A stretch of DNA of 63,821 bases, the filler included, from Octopus bimaculoides (taxonomy: Eukaryota): assembly GCF_001194135.2 (NCBI RefSeq). It is 6 parts of 6 records of this genome, joined end to end, with 100 filler letters (N's around TTAATTAATTAA, not from the genome) between each part and the next. Parts side by side here need not be neighbours in the genome. Positions count along the whole stretch, not along the records: positions 10,761 to 13,891 come from NC_068982.1; positions 13,992 to 32,970 come from NC_069000.1; 4 more parts are not named here. One strand, 5' to 3'. Both the position numbers and the translations under genes were made by a program. The notes under the pieces are model-generated. The model was not told where the DNA came from and ran no database searches. It was given only the letters and a program-made list of their open reading frames with translations. Shown here in pieces: positions 12,980-25,521 of this stretch. How positions within the stretch are numbered: the first letter of the stretch is position 1; every line of letters begins with the position of its first letter.

Positions 12980-13400
12980 AAAGATAATATTTCGAACTTC
13001 ATGCAATAAAATTCCCAAATAATACAGCTCTCCTGCTTTTAGGTATGACAACATAAACACGAACAAGTATTTCTTCTTTGAAAATGGTACAAATGGCCTT
13101 AAACTTTTTTAAGTCGCTTTCTTCTTTGCCATTCATTGTTACTACTGTTCGAAGTGAAATACATAGATACTTCAGCATAAAGTAATTTCTTTGCAAATTC
13201 ATCATTGATGCACAGAACGCAAATAAAGAATCTTGCAAACCAAATCCAAAAACGAAATTCTGTCAATGTTGTCCTCAAATGTCGTTCATTGACAGTCATA
13301 AATATCCACATTATTTCTGAGCAATATTCTTTGTTCATCTGGTAGATGAACTTGCAGCCTCACTATTGAAGGTGCTCTTTCATGAATTGAAAATCCTAAA
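12980..13400 (-). mobile_element. Helitron RepHel coding fragment (frameshifted)
   Basis: FSIHERAPSIVRLQVHLPDEQRI, NDEFAKKLLYAEVSMYFT..WQRRKR, LVRVYVV..ELYYLGILLHEVR match the Helitron region between Rep and helicase. Confidence 0.85.
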
Positions 13401-13990
13401 GCGTGAAAAAAACCTCATAATGAAAAAATAATGAAAAAATTTCGTAATGAAAAAATTCATCATTTTTTCATAAATATAAATAATTATATATAAAGGGCAT
13501 TAACTGTGTAGTAATGCCTCACGCTTCGAGGGACTAAATAAGTAAAAAAAAAACTACCAAAAAATAAGCAACATATTTACTGAAAGCGAGGGAATGCAGC
13601 TTTCAAAATTTATCTCTTAAAAACATTTAACTCAACGGTAGACCACTGGTTTCTCAATCAATACAGCAAAACTGTGAAGTAAGCTGCATCTTTTGTTCAT
13701 CAGTACACGTATGGTCGAGACACATAAAAATAAACAAGAATCAACACACCACGCTGACTACTTGATAAATTCTTATAAAGAATTTATCCTATATTATATT
13801 ATAAATAATTAGAAAATATTCAGTGCTGAATATTATTCTGTATAAGCACATGTTACTGAGATGCAACCGGATAAATTCAAATCTCTTTCATNNNNNNNNN
13901 NNNNNNNNNNNNNNNNNNNNNNNNNNNNNNNNNNNTTAATTAATTAANNNNNNNNNNNNNNNNNNNNNNNNNNNNNNNNNNNNNNNNNNN

Positions 13991-14318
13991 NCTGTACCAG
14001 TAAATCACTAAGGGCACCGTCCGAGCATGGTCATTGCCAGAACACCAGCTGTCTGACTTTCGTGCCGGTGTCACGTAAAATACACCATTTCGAGCGTGGC
14101 CGTTGCCAATACCTCCTGACTGGCCTTCGTGCCAGTGGCACGTAAAAGCGCCCACTGCACTCTCGGAGTGGTTGGCATTAGGAAGGGCATTCAGCTGTAG
14201 AAACTCTGTCAAATCAGATTGGAGCCTGGTGTAGCCATCTGGTTCACCAGTCCTCAGTCAAATCGCCCAACCCATGCTAGCATGGAAGGCAGGCGTTAAA
14301 CGATGATGATGATGATGT
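13991..14318 (+). mobile_element. RTE LINE 3' UTR ending in (GAT)n
   Basis: GTGCC..GGCACGTAAAA subrepeats, GGCATTAGGAAGGGCAT, CGTTAAACGATGATGAT tail; same tail follows the RTE C-terminus at 24780-25225. Confidence 0.8.
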
Positions 14319-15454
14319 GCAGATTTGTATGTTTTGTTTTATGTAAATATTCTCATGCATATAGTTATATGTCTAGACATGCTCATAGATACATAAATGA
14401 CAAATCTCTGGAAAGTTCTACAGATTTGTACAGTTCCAGTTATGTATGTATATATGTATGTCTGTATGTATGTCTATATGTATGTATGTGGGAAGTAGAT
14501 TTACTTAGTCATTCAGCTTAACACACCACCACCTGGTCTTCAGATGCCCCTTGATCAATGCGTTTGTTTGTTAATCAGCAATGATCATGTATATATATGT
14601 ATATGTAATTATGTATGTGTAAACCGGCAGCTGGATGATGAGCTGACATCAATTAAAAAAGTTTCTAGAATGGACAGAGATTCCTGTAATTAGAACCATC
14701 ATAAAACAGCAAATGCTAAAAAAGCTGATGGCAACTGTGATCGCATGTAATATATACATGCTTGTGAATATATATATCTGTACGTCTTTATATACACACA
14801 CTTCTATTTGCATGCTGAGTATTTGAAAAAATAATTGTCATTGTGATTTTATTTAATTGTACAGCGTAACTGTCGATTTATGAGCATGTGTTTTTGTATG
14901 TGTATGTTGTCTGTCATATAAATTTTCATGTGCATATATGTGCTTGTTACATAAATTGGCATTGTTAAGAAAATAGATGACTTTGGAATTAGTAGTTTTA
15001 TCAATGTTTTGATTAGGTTGCTGGAACTCACTTGTAAACAGTTCTATTGTCTTTTGAGAAGTGCGCAACAAGCAACATGTTTGTTTTATTGTCAGGCTAA
15101 TCAGCTGGATAATTTTGTAATTTATTATTCTCAGCAGAATCATACATGTATACACATACATACATACACCAACAAATTTACAAAAAAATCCAACAAATGC
15201 TCAGTTTCACAGACAAAGAGCAAAAGAAATTGATGCAGATTCTCCAAATCCAGTCTATTAGTGGCACAGTGAAGATTTGTAAGATATCCCCATTTGAAAT
15301 TCTTATGAGAATAGTTGCACACACCTGGGTGTATGTATCACCTGTTCAACTAACACTCCAGCTCAACCATATATTTACAAACATTGGGAACTCTCTCAAG
15401 ATCTTACATTAAATTCAAAGAAAGATCAAACATACATACCGACAGACATATATA

Positions 15455-15800
15455 CATCATCATCATCATCATCCGCTTTCCATGCTAGTATGGGTTGGAC
15501 GATTTGACTGAGGACTGGTGAACCAGAAGGCTGCACCAGACTCCAATCTGATCTGGCAGAATTTCTACAGCTGGATGCCCTTCCTAATGCCAACCACTCC
15601 GAGAGTGTAGTGGGTGCTTTTACGTGCCACCGGCACGAAGGCCAGTCAGGCGATACTGGCAATGGCCACGCTCAAAATGGTGTATTTTATGTGCCACCTG
15701 CATAGTCCAGCGGCACTGGCAATGATCTCGCTCAAACGACTTTTCACGTGCCACTGGCACAAGTGCAGGAAGTCGACGCTGGTAATGATCACGCTCGCAT
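15455..15800 (-). mobile_element. RTE LINE 3' UTR
   Basis: Reverse complement of the 13991-14318 family. Confidence 0.8.
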
Positions 15801-17029
15801 NNNNNNNNNNNNNNNNNNNNNNNNNNNNNNNNNNNNNNNNNNNNNNNNNNNNNNNNNNNNNNNNNNNNNNNNNNNNNNNNNNNNNNNNNNNNNNNNNNNN
15901 NNNNNNNNNNNNNNNNNNNNNNNNNNNNNNNNNNNNNNNNNNNNNNNNNNNNNNNNNNNNNNNNNNNNNNNNNNNNNNNNNNNNNNNNNNNNNNNNNNNN
16001 NNNNNNNNNNNNNNNNNNNNCATCATCATCATCATTTAATGTCCATGTTCCATGCTGACATGGTTTGACAGGATCTGATGGGTTTAAGGACTGCTTTGTA
16101 CACTAGTGTCTGTTTTGGCATGGTTCCTGTGACTGAATGCCCTTCCAAATGCCTACTATTTACAGCATTTGCTGAGCAGTTTTTGTGCCCCTGGCACTTG
16201 TAAGGCCGTCATGCAGCTCACAAGACCACAAAACCTGACGTGGGAGAGGTAGGCACCTTTATGCTAATAGATGGGGAGTTAAAGCTTGAGAGAAGGGGTT
16301 GGTAGACAGGTTCTTCTTGTAGAGCAGCTACAGGGCTACTCACATTTAGGAGAGAAGGTGAGAATGCTCAGTTGGAATCACCTTAATATAGATATGGAAT
16401 AATTACCGTGAAACATTGTGTAGAATATATTGCATAAAGGATCATGGGTAAGGCCAGAACAATGCGAAATATTGAATGAAAGGTAAGTCTACATTAATTC
16501 ATATATTTGTTTTCTTGTGATTTGCCTTGCATTTACTTCGCATTGTTCTGGCCTTACCCAGAACCTTGTCATTTTTCACAGGAATTTTCAATGGCCAGAT
16601 AACTGAAGAGACGGTGGCATGGGTTCTCACCCCAGCATCCGAAACTCTGAGTTTTATCATGGCTATTGAATAAGTGTCATATATTTTTACAGAAAAATTC
16701 CTCTATTTACATAATATCGAGGTCTCTTTCTTTTGTTGCCCTTTCTATCNNNNNNNNNNNNNNNNNNNNNNNNNNNNNNNNNNNNNNNNNNNNNNNNNNN
16801 NNNNNNNNNNNNNNNNNNNNNNNNNNNNNNNNNNNNNNNNNNNNNNNNNNNNNNNNNNNNNNNNNNNNNNNNNNNNNNNNNNNNNNNNNNNNNNNNNNNN
16901 NNTATATATACTTCTAATATAGGATAAAATTTTTTCCCAAAATTTCATCAAAGTGGCCAGCATATTAAAAATACCTTTAAAAGTGAAAATTATAAGCAAT
17001 TATAAATAAGGGCAAATATATATATATAT

Positions 17030-17270
17030 GTATGTATATATTTATGTGTGTGTTTTGTGTCTGTGTTTGTTCCCACACCATCATTTGACAACCAATTTTG
17101 GTGTGTTTACGTCCCTGTAACTTAGCGGTTTGGCAAAAGAGATCGATAAAATAAGTACTAGGCTTACAAAGAATAAGTCCTGAGGTTGATTTCTTTGACT
17201 AAAAGCCTTTAAGTCAGTGCTCCAGCATGGCAGCAGTCTAATGACTGAAACAAGTAAAAGGGTGAAAGAC
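17030..17270 (+). mobile_element. SINE family B, 3' half
   Basis: GTGTTTACGTCCCTGTAACTTAGCGG..GAATAAGTCCTG..ATGACTGAAACAAGTAAAAG. Confidence 0.85.
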
Positions 17271-18063
17271 TATCAATAAGAGACACGAGTCTTACAACAG
17301 CAGCAGTGGGATTACTAGATACACATTTCTCTCTCATTGTGCTTTGTCAGTGGCATGTACCCACTACCAACACAGAACATCCATAAGAGATATCTCCAAA
17401 CAAATGGTTGAAAGAGCTTTGAATATTGTTTCCATTTTTCTGACTAAATATGCAAAAAATAAAGAAAATTCATGAGATGAAACCCTCAGCCTGTGTAGGC
17501 ATTGATAGTTGGGAATCCTGCCTTGATTGAGAATCAGTCAGTATTAAGATAGTATATCTTGGTTGTCGGCAGCCAGTAGTTTGATGTTCCTCAGGAAAGT
17601 GTACCTCCGGTGGCAGCAATAGGATAGTTCATATTTCCTGTTGATAGACACTACAGGTTGATGGAAGGCGTGCAGTTTTTCATGGAAGCTGGCAATTGAG
17701 GTTTTTTAGTTTCAGCCATGGGTTTCAAAATTCCATTGCTACTATTTTACAATATGGTTTAGAAGTTGATGCTATGCAAAATACTTGGCACTAAACCATC
17801 TTTTCTGTTGCTGTGAATGTCTGAATTATTGGAAACCAATTGCAGCATAAACATAAAATAAAATGGGAATAGAATTATAAATCATAACATGCTTTTGTGT
17901 TGGGTAAAGAACAATTCTGCCATAGTTATTTAATTTCGTATCAGGTTCTTCGACTGACAAATCAATGTACGCTAAGATTTTATTAAATTGTGGCTTTCTT
18001 CATCCAAAACCATTACAGAATGTATAAACAAAGTTAGTTGCTGAACTACTACTACTACTGCTG

Positions 18064-18098
<35 letters not shown>

Positions 18099-18499
18099 TC
18101 TTGTTTCCATGTAAACCTCCACTGTCCTTTGTATTGTCCTCAATATTCTTATGGCCCTGGAGGCCATTAGAGAAAGAATCATCATCATCATCATCATCAT
18201 TATTAATTATTATTTATGCGGTGAGCTGGCAGAATTGTTAGCACACTGGGCAAACAACAGCATTTCGTCCATCTTTACATTCAGAGTTCAAATTCCATCA
18301 AGGTGAAATTTTCACTTTCATCCTTTCGGGGGTCAATAAAATAAGTATCTGTTGAACACTGCGGTCAGTGTTATTGACTTGTCCCTTACCCCAAAATTGC
18401 TGGCCTTGTACCAAAATTTGAAACCATCATCATCATCATCATCATTATTGTTATTGCAGTTCTAATACAAGCATAATACAATCAACCTTTTATTCTAAG

Positions 18500-20400
18500 G
18501 GAAACGATTTCTGTTGTCACAGTGATAGAAGCTCTTTGAACTCTCTCCAATCCATTCTTCCTCTGGCCGCCATACCTTCAGAGCGACCATTTCCCTTGCT
18601 AGTTAAGTCTCCTAGGTAACAAAAGCTATCAACTACTTCTAGTGAACCAGCCAGATATTTAAGAGTGGTACTGCTACGTACTGCTCAAGTGCATCTGTAG
18701 CTTACTTTCTCTATTAATCTGACAACAATTTCACTACATCTCTCATGTGTCCATAGCTTACATCAAGTACAGTTTATGGAGTTTTTATCTACTCCTTTTC
18801 TACATATCAAGCAAATTCATTTCCTTGAAGAAAACAGGGTTCTGTCTTCTTTCCTACTTGCTGAAACCTTCGTCTTTGCTAAGTTTACCTTAACACCTCT
18901 CAATTCTAGGTTTAATTACCATGCCTGGAATTTCCCCATTAATTCCACTATAGATTCAGCCCTGAGGACTAGATCCTCAGCATGTAGGAGTTTCCATAGC
19001 CTTCCAGTCTTAAATCATTCTGTGTTAGTCTTTAGGACTATGACCAATAGGAGGGAGCTGAGGTTTAACCTTGATAAACTGCTTCTGCCCCCATGTCAAA
19101 TTTGTTACTGAAATCTTTGTCGTCCTTCACTTTACTTACGGCCTATTTGTACATAGCTTGTACAACCCTCACAAGCCATTCATCTACATCTAGTTTCCTC
19201 GTTGAACACCAAGTTACTAAGTATGGTACTTTGTCAAATGTTTTCTCCAAATCAGTGAAAGCTAGAAATGGTGGTTTATTCTTAACCAGGTATTTCTCCT
19301 GCAGTTGCCTCACTAAGAAATATGCATCTGTGGTGCCTTCTCATGTGACAAAGCTAAACCTCATCCTATCGGGTTTTGATCCCTTCTGTGACCTTTATAC
19401 TAATCTTGATTCCTCTGTAGTTGCTTCTCTCTTGTGGCGACACATGGCTTAGTGGTTAGGGTATTCAGTTCACCAGTGAGTTCAATTCCTGGTGGCACAT
19501 TGTGTCATTGAGCAAGACACTTAAATTCTCAATGCTCCAGTCCACTCAGCTTACAAGATAGAATTGTACTTGAAATTCAAATAGCCAGCCTTGTCGCATT
19601 CTGTGTCATGCTGAATCTCCCTTTAGAACTATGTTAAGGTTATGTGTGTCTGTAGGATGCTCAACCACCTGCATGTTAATTTCATGAGTAGGCTGTTTTA
19701 TTGATCTGATCCGATCAAATAGAAGCCTCGTCATCATAACCGATGGAGTGCCAGTTTAGCAACTATAGAGGAACCAAACTACTAGTGCCAGTTTAGTTGT
19801 TTCTCTCTGATGCATCTCCTTTATCTTTGTAATAATTTACATTGATATTGCTACTCCAGTCTTCGTGTCAGACAGCATCCTGTACAATTTGATTATCTAT
19901 ACAGATGGTTATCATATGTTGTATCACATGTGATATTTTGAGCATGTCTGCAGTTATTCCTGATGGACCTACAGCTTCCCGTCCCTTCATGTTCATGATT
20001 GCTTTATCTACCACATTGCTATCAACTCTGTCAGCAGGGTCAGTATGACAGAGTCCCTTTTCATCCTTTGTATTCTCCATGTTGAGCAGCTTCGCATAAC
20101 GGCACTTCCACATCACCTTCTCGTGTGCAGAGAAGCAGAACAAATACCACAAAGACAGCGTATTTGACGCTCTGGAAATTCTGCTGATTTGCCTGTCTTG
20201 GAACAACACCAACGGATGTAAATCAGTCTTGATACTTTCTTAAACTGAACTGGTTAATAAGTGACAATTCTAATAATTGCACCAAACATTGTAATTTATC
20301 ACTAACATCTGCCACTTGTCTTGTACACAGTGTTACTGCATTGTCTAGCAGCTCGTTGACAAATAACACAACAACACAACCATCGTCTACTTCTCTGCCA
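18500..20400 (-). mobile_element. RTE-clade LINE RT fragment, interrupted by a SINE
   Basis: AVGPSGITADMLK, YYKDKGDA, NYRGIK, RQLQEKYL..FTDLEKTFDKVP, LLHAEDLVL, EVVDSFCYLGD. Confidence 0.9.
19434..19793 (+). mobile_element. tRNA-derived SINE (family C-related) inserted in the RTE fragment
   Basis: A box TGGCTTAGTGG, B box GTTCAATTC; about 15-bp TSD TAGTTGCTTCTCTCT / TAGTTGTTTTCTCTCT. Confidence 0.8.
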
Positions 20401-20485
20401 TGGTAAGCTGCTACTACTGTCTACAGCAGTTAGTTAGAGACACTAACAACTCAGTTCAACATTGTCATATATATGTGTGTGTGTA

Positions 20486-20557
<72 letters not shown>

Positions 20558-21144
20558 NNNNNNNNNNNNNNNNNNNNNNNNNNNNNNNNNNNNNNNNNNN
20601 NNNNNNNNNNNNNNNNNNNNNNNNNNNNNNNNNNNNNNNNNNNNNNNNNNNNNNNNNNNNNNNNNNNNNNNNNNNNNNNNNNNNNNNNNNNNNNNNNNNN
20701 NNNNNNNNNNNNNNNNNNNNNNNNNNNNNNNNNNNNNNNNNNNNNNNNNNNNNNNNNNNNNNNNNNNNNNNNNNNNNNNNNNNNNNNNNNNNNNNNNNNN
20801 NNNNNNNNNNNNNNNNNNNNNNNNNNNNNNNNNNNNNNNNNNNNNNNNNNNNNNNNNNNNNNNNNNNNNNNNNNNNNNNNNNNNNNNNNNNNNNNNNNNN
20901 NNNNNNNNNNNNNNNNNNNNNNNNNNNNNNNNNNNNNNNNNNNNNNNNNNNNNNNNNNNNNNNNNNNNNNNNNNNNNNNNNNNNNNNNNNNNNNNNNNNN
21001 NNNNNNNNNNNNNNNNNNNNNNNNNNNNNNNNNNNNNNNNNNNNNNNNNNNNNNNNNNNNNNNNNNNNNNNNNNNNNNNNNNNNNNNNNNNNNNNNNNNN
21101 NNNNNNNNNNNNNNNNNNNNNNNNNNNNNNNNNNNNNNNNNNNN

Positions 21145-21192
<48 letters not shown>

Positions 21193-21254
21193 GTACATTT
21201 ATACACACACACATACACATATATGTTTATATATATGTATATATATATGTGGGA

Positions 21255-22620
21255 CAAGACCTGGTCACCTGTATAGTTAATCAGGTTGTCCATGATGGAG
21301 TCATACCCAGTGATTTGTGTAGCAGCATCATAATCACCTACTATAAAAGCAAAGGTGATGCCCTAGACAGAAATAATTACAGCAGCATCAAATTGCTGGC
21401 CCAGATGATGTAAGTTACAGAATGGGTCATAGCTCAATTAATTAGGAAGAGGGTTAGCATGGATGAGAATAGGCTGAGCAAAGTTCAGAGAGCTGCTACA
21501 TCTGTTAGTAACAAAGGGCCTCTCCCTCAAAGTGAAAGGCAGGTTGTATGATGCCTGTATATGAACAGCTATGTTACATGGCATTAAGACATGGGTTGTG
21601 ACTACTGAGGATATGCGAACGCTTGAAACATATGAAGCCAGTGTGCTCCGCTGGATGGGTGATGTCAGTGTGCATATACGACAGAGTGTAAGTGATTTGA
21701 GAGAAAAACTGGGAATATGAGGCATCAGATGTAGCGTGCAAAAGAGAAGACTGCACTGGTAAGATCATGTAATGCATATGAATGAAGACAGTTGCATTAA
21801 GAGGTACCAAATTCTAATTGTGGAGAGAGTATGTAGAAAGGGAGCCTCTTGCTGACAGGTATACTTAATTAATAGTGAAGCAGAAAGGAAGAGATTTGCA
21901 CGAATCTTGTAGGATGCACATCAGAGGCATGAAGTGTTCTGGATTGCAAAGACAGTATGATCTTTTTGCAAACAACTTGCAGATGCAAGTGCTACCTGTT
22001 GAAAGCTCCACATGCTGAATGCTCGCAAAGTTATAGGGTCATCAGAAGAGAATGCATGCCATTTTGGGGCTTTTGTCTTAACAGCATTATTGCACACCAG
22101 CCCTGCTTCACTGTGAAGCCCTGCTTGCTAAATCGACTGGTTACTAGGTTTCACTCAGTAAACTTTTGGCCATTGCTCACCATCTCTTTTTAACCAAATC
22201 AAGTGACTTGCCTTCTCCACTGTTGTCTGGATATCCCTCATGATGGTATTTGCATTATGATGAGTCAGGTTTAGTGACAGAACAACAGCAGCTGTGTCTT
22301 ACACTGTGTCCAGTGAATCCCCTAAGCCAATTTCCATTGGAAAATGCCCTGCTTTCCAGCCTGTGTCTTCACGTTCTTTGAAGAGGTGTCATTGATAAGA
22401 AGTGTATACAGAATGATAAAGGCTTATTTGATGTTCAAGACAAGAAAGTGGCATGGAAGTGCATGACAGTAGCTTGGTCGATAAAGAAACCAAGGATATG
22501 AAAGCAGGGAAAGCTGTGTGTTCATCAGAGACAATTTCAGAGGTGCTCTGATTAACCTGGTGATGGATAATCAAATCAATACAGGATGGAGTGGAAGTCA
22601 TTGGGTATGACCTTGCTATG
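21255..22620 (+). mobile_element. Cluster of rearranged RTE LINE fragments
   Basis: YYKSKGDALDRNNYSSIKLL, KVKGRLYDACIRTAMLHG, GEAERKRFARI, KDMKAGKAV. Confidence 0.85.
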
Positions 22621-22654
22621 ATTCTGCTCAGCTCAGCTGTTCCTTCATCTTTTT

Positions 22655-22888
22655 TATTTCTTTATTGCCCACAAGAGGCTAAACATAGAGGGGACAAACA
22701 AGAACAGGCAAAGGGATTAAGTCGATTACATCGACCCCAGTGCATAACTGGTACTTAATTTATCGACCCCGAAAGGATGAAAGGCAAAGTCGACCTCGGC
22801 GGAATTTAAACTCAGAACGTAATGGCAGACGAAATACCACTAAGCATTTCGCCCGGCGTGCTAACGTTTCTGCCAGCTCATCGCCTTC
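22655..22888 (-). mobile_element. SINE family A, near full length
   Basis: tRNA-like head, central domain GCCTTTCATCCTTTCGGGGTCGATAAATTAAGTACCAG, tail TGTTTAGCC..GGGCAATAAAG; imperfect TCCTTCAT(C/T)TTTT flanking duplication. Confidence 0.92.
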
Positions 22889-23104
22889 CCTTCATTTTTT
22901 TGAGAGCTGATAAATCAGGTGTCTTTCTTGGAGTAATGAATTAGTGGAACTGGTAAAGCATGCAACAGACAGGGTGTTTTGCAGTGTCTATTCTGGCTTT
23001 TTTACATTCTCAAAGCAACCCCTTCTGACATCCCTGGTGCCAAGCTGTTTCTGCTCTTAATCTGTCTCTTTGTCATCACTGGCATGGAGAGAGGAAACTG
23101 GCCT

Positions 23105-23313
23105 TCATCATCATCATCATCATTTTATTGTCTGCTTTTCCATATATGAATAAGCTGGACAGAGTTTTGCAAGGTAAATTTTCAGCGACCGGATGCCCTT
23201 CCTGCTGCCAACACACACCTGTTTCCAAGCAAGGTAATATTTCCCCCATAGTCAGATATATTTCTGCAAAATATTGGAAATTTACAACAATCACATGACG
23301 TCGAGATAAGGAT

Positions 23314-23354
<41 letters not shown>

Positions 23355-23660
23355 ACACCACACACACACACACACACACACATATATACATACATACATA
23401 CATCAATCCCCTCATCTCTGCTTGCATAATAGTGATACAACTATTACATAATGTCAAAAAAGGGGACAGTAACACACATATATATACACACACATGCACA
23501 TACACACACACCATACATATATAAGCATACAGGACAGGCTTCTTTCAGTTTCTGTCTACCAAATCTGTTCACAAGGCTTTGGTCAACCTGGAACTACCAT
23601 GGAAGACATTTGTCCAAGGTGCCACTCAGTGGCACCGAAATGGAAACCACACAGCCACAC
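23105..23660 (-). mobile_element. SINE with family-B head and RTE-type (GAT)n tail, with internal (CA)n expansion
   Basis: Head at 23530-23660; body and tail at 23105-23310 homologous to 30230-30480. Confidence 0.65.
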
Positions 23661-24405
23661 CTGTACCTATCTACGCCGGTGCCAATAAGGAAAGCTTGTG
23701 CCTTGGAGAAAAAAAGAAGTTTCCTTGTGCACATATTCTCCATGTTCTCAGAAAACATAACAGAAATCCCAGCTTCTGCATCTCCGTACTCCTACCCCCC
23801 ATCACTTCATTACTTTTCTTGTGTAATATAAGAAACACCTTTCTTTCTTTTATATATGTATATTGACTACGAACAAACAAATAGGTTATTGGTGATTTAA
23901 GAAAAGCCATTTATCATATCCTACTGAATGATTCCTGTTTGCACAGTAAGCTCTACCGACATAGTTGCTGCTGCCGCTGCTGCTGCTGGTGGCAGTGGCG
24001 ATGGCAGCAGAGGTGACAGCAGTGGGGTGGGGGGAGTGTTTTGGTGGTTTGGGGTGGCAGTGAAGAATGTTAAGGATGGTGGTAATAATGGTTAACCTCC
24101 AGAGAAATCTTGATCAGAACGTGTTCCAGCTGTGGCTGTATTTTCTTCCTCCTCCTCCTTCCTTCCTCCTCCTCCTCCTCCCCCCTCCTGTCGTAGTGAT
24201 TAAAGAGAGATTTAGTTGCTATGCTTAATGGTTTGCTGTTATTGTTGACATTAATGGTGTCCACATTAGATAATGGTTGGCAGTATTAATGGCACCGTAG
24301 TTAGAGATAGCAGAGCTGTTACAGTTGTTGTTGTTATTGTTGTTTTATGCTAGGGTTGTCCCCTCTGCAGATCCTTGATCAAAGGCATTCCAGCTATAAC
24401 CATCT

Positions 24406-24437
<32 letters not shown>

Positions 24438-24721
24438 TNNNNNNNNNNNNNNNNNNNNNNNNNNNNNNNNNNNNNNNNNNNNNNNNNNNNNNNNNNNNNN
24501 NNNNNNNNNNNNNNNNNNNNNNNNNNNNNNNNNNNNNNNNNNNNNNNNNNNNNNNNNNNNNNNNNNNNNNNNNNNNNNNNNNNNNNNNNNNNNNNNNNNN
24601 NNNNNNNNNNNNNNNNNNNNNNNNNNNNNNNNNNNNNNNNNNNNNNNNNNNNNNNNNNNNNNNNNNNNNNNNNNNNNNNNNNNNNNNNNNNNNNNNNNNN
24701 NNNNNNNNNNNNNNNNNNNNN

Positions 24722-24752
<31 letters not shown>

Positions 24753-25226
24753 TACATGCATATATATATATATATATATATCATCATCATCATCATCATT
24801 CATTTAATGTCTGCCTTCCATGATGGCATAGGTTGGACAGTTTGACAGGAGTTGGCCAGTCAGGGAGTTGTCCAGATTCCGGTTGTCTGTTTTGGCACAG
24901 TTTCTGCAACTGGATGCCCTTCCTAATGCCAACCTCTTTACAAAAGGTGCTGGGTGTTCTTTACATGCCACTGGCACAGTAGTTTTTTTCACATTACACC
25001 AGCACGGTAGTGTGTCTACACAGCACCAGCATGAGTGCATTTTACATGGGACCAGCACCTACAAAGGACATACCTGTATGTATAGAAGATTGTGATTTTA
25101 CTTAGCTCGGTGCATCTTCTCAAGTACAGTAAATTGCCTTAATTCCTTACCCTGGTCATTTCCTCAGTGAGGCCCAGCATCTGAAGATCTTTCTCACCAC
25201 TTCATCTTGTGTCTTCCTGGATCTAC

Positions 25227-25396
25227 GTTATTTACATTTGACGGATATTTGTCCTCATCTTGTTTGTTGTTAACACGTTTTGGCTGATATACCCTCCAGC
25301 CTTCTTCAGGTGTCATGGGGAAATTTCGAACCTGGGTTCTCATTCCTAAGGAAATTTCAAACCTGGGTTCTCATTCTTAACTACTACGCCATATGC
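25227..25396 (-). mobile_element. Inverted, internally deleted copy of SINE family E
   Basis: Reverse complement gives a 21-nt head and then the same tail as 25532-25660. Confidence 0.85.
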
Positions 25397-25401
25397 TTGC
25401 A

Positions 25402-25478
25402 GGCATATGGCGTAGTGGTTGAGAGCGCGGGCTACTAACCCCAAGATTCTGAGTTCAATTCTAAGCAGTGACCTGAAC

Positions 25479-25521
<43 letters not shown>

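Noticed and set aside
15146-15412. 88-aa ORF and an overlapping minus-strand exon-like segment (about 15035-15107)
   Set aside because: No recognisable homology and no partner exons; insufficient support.
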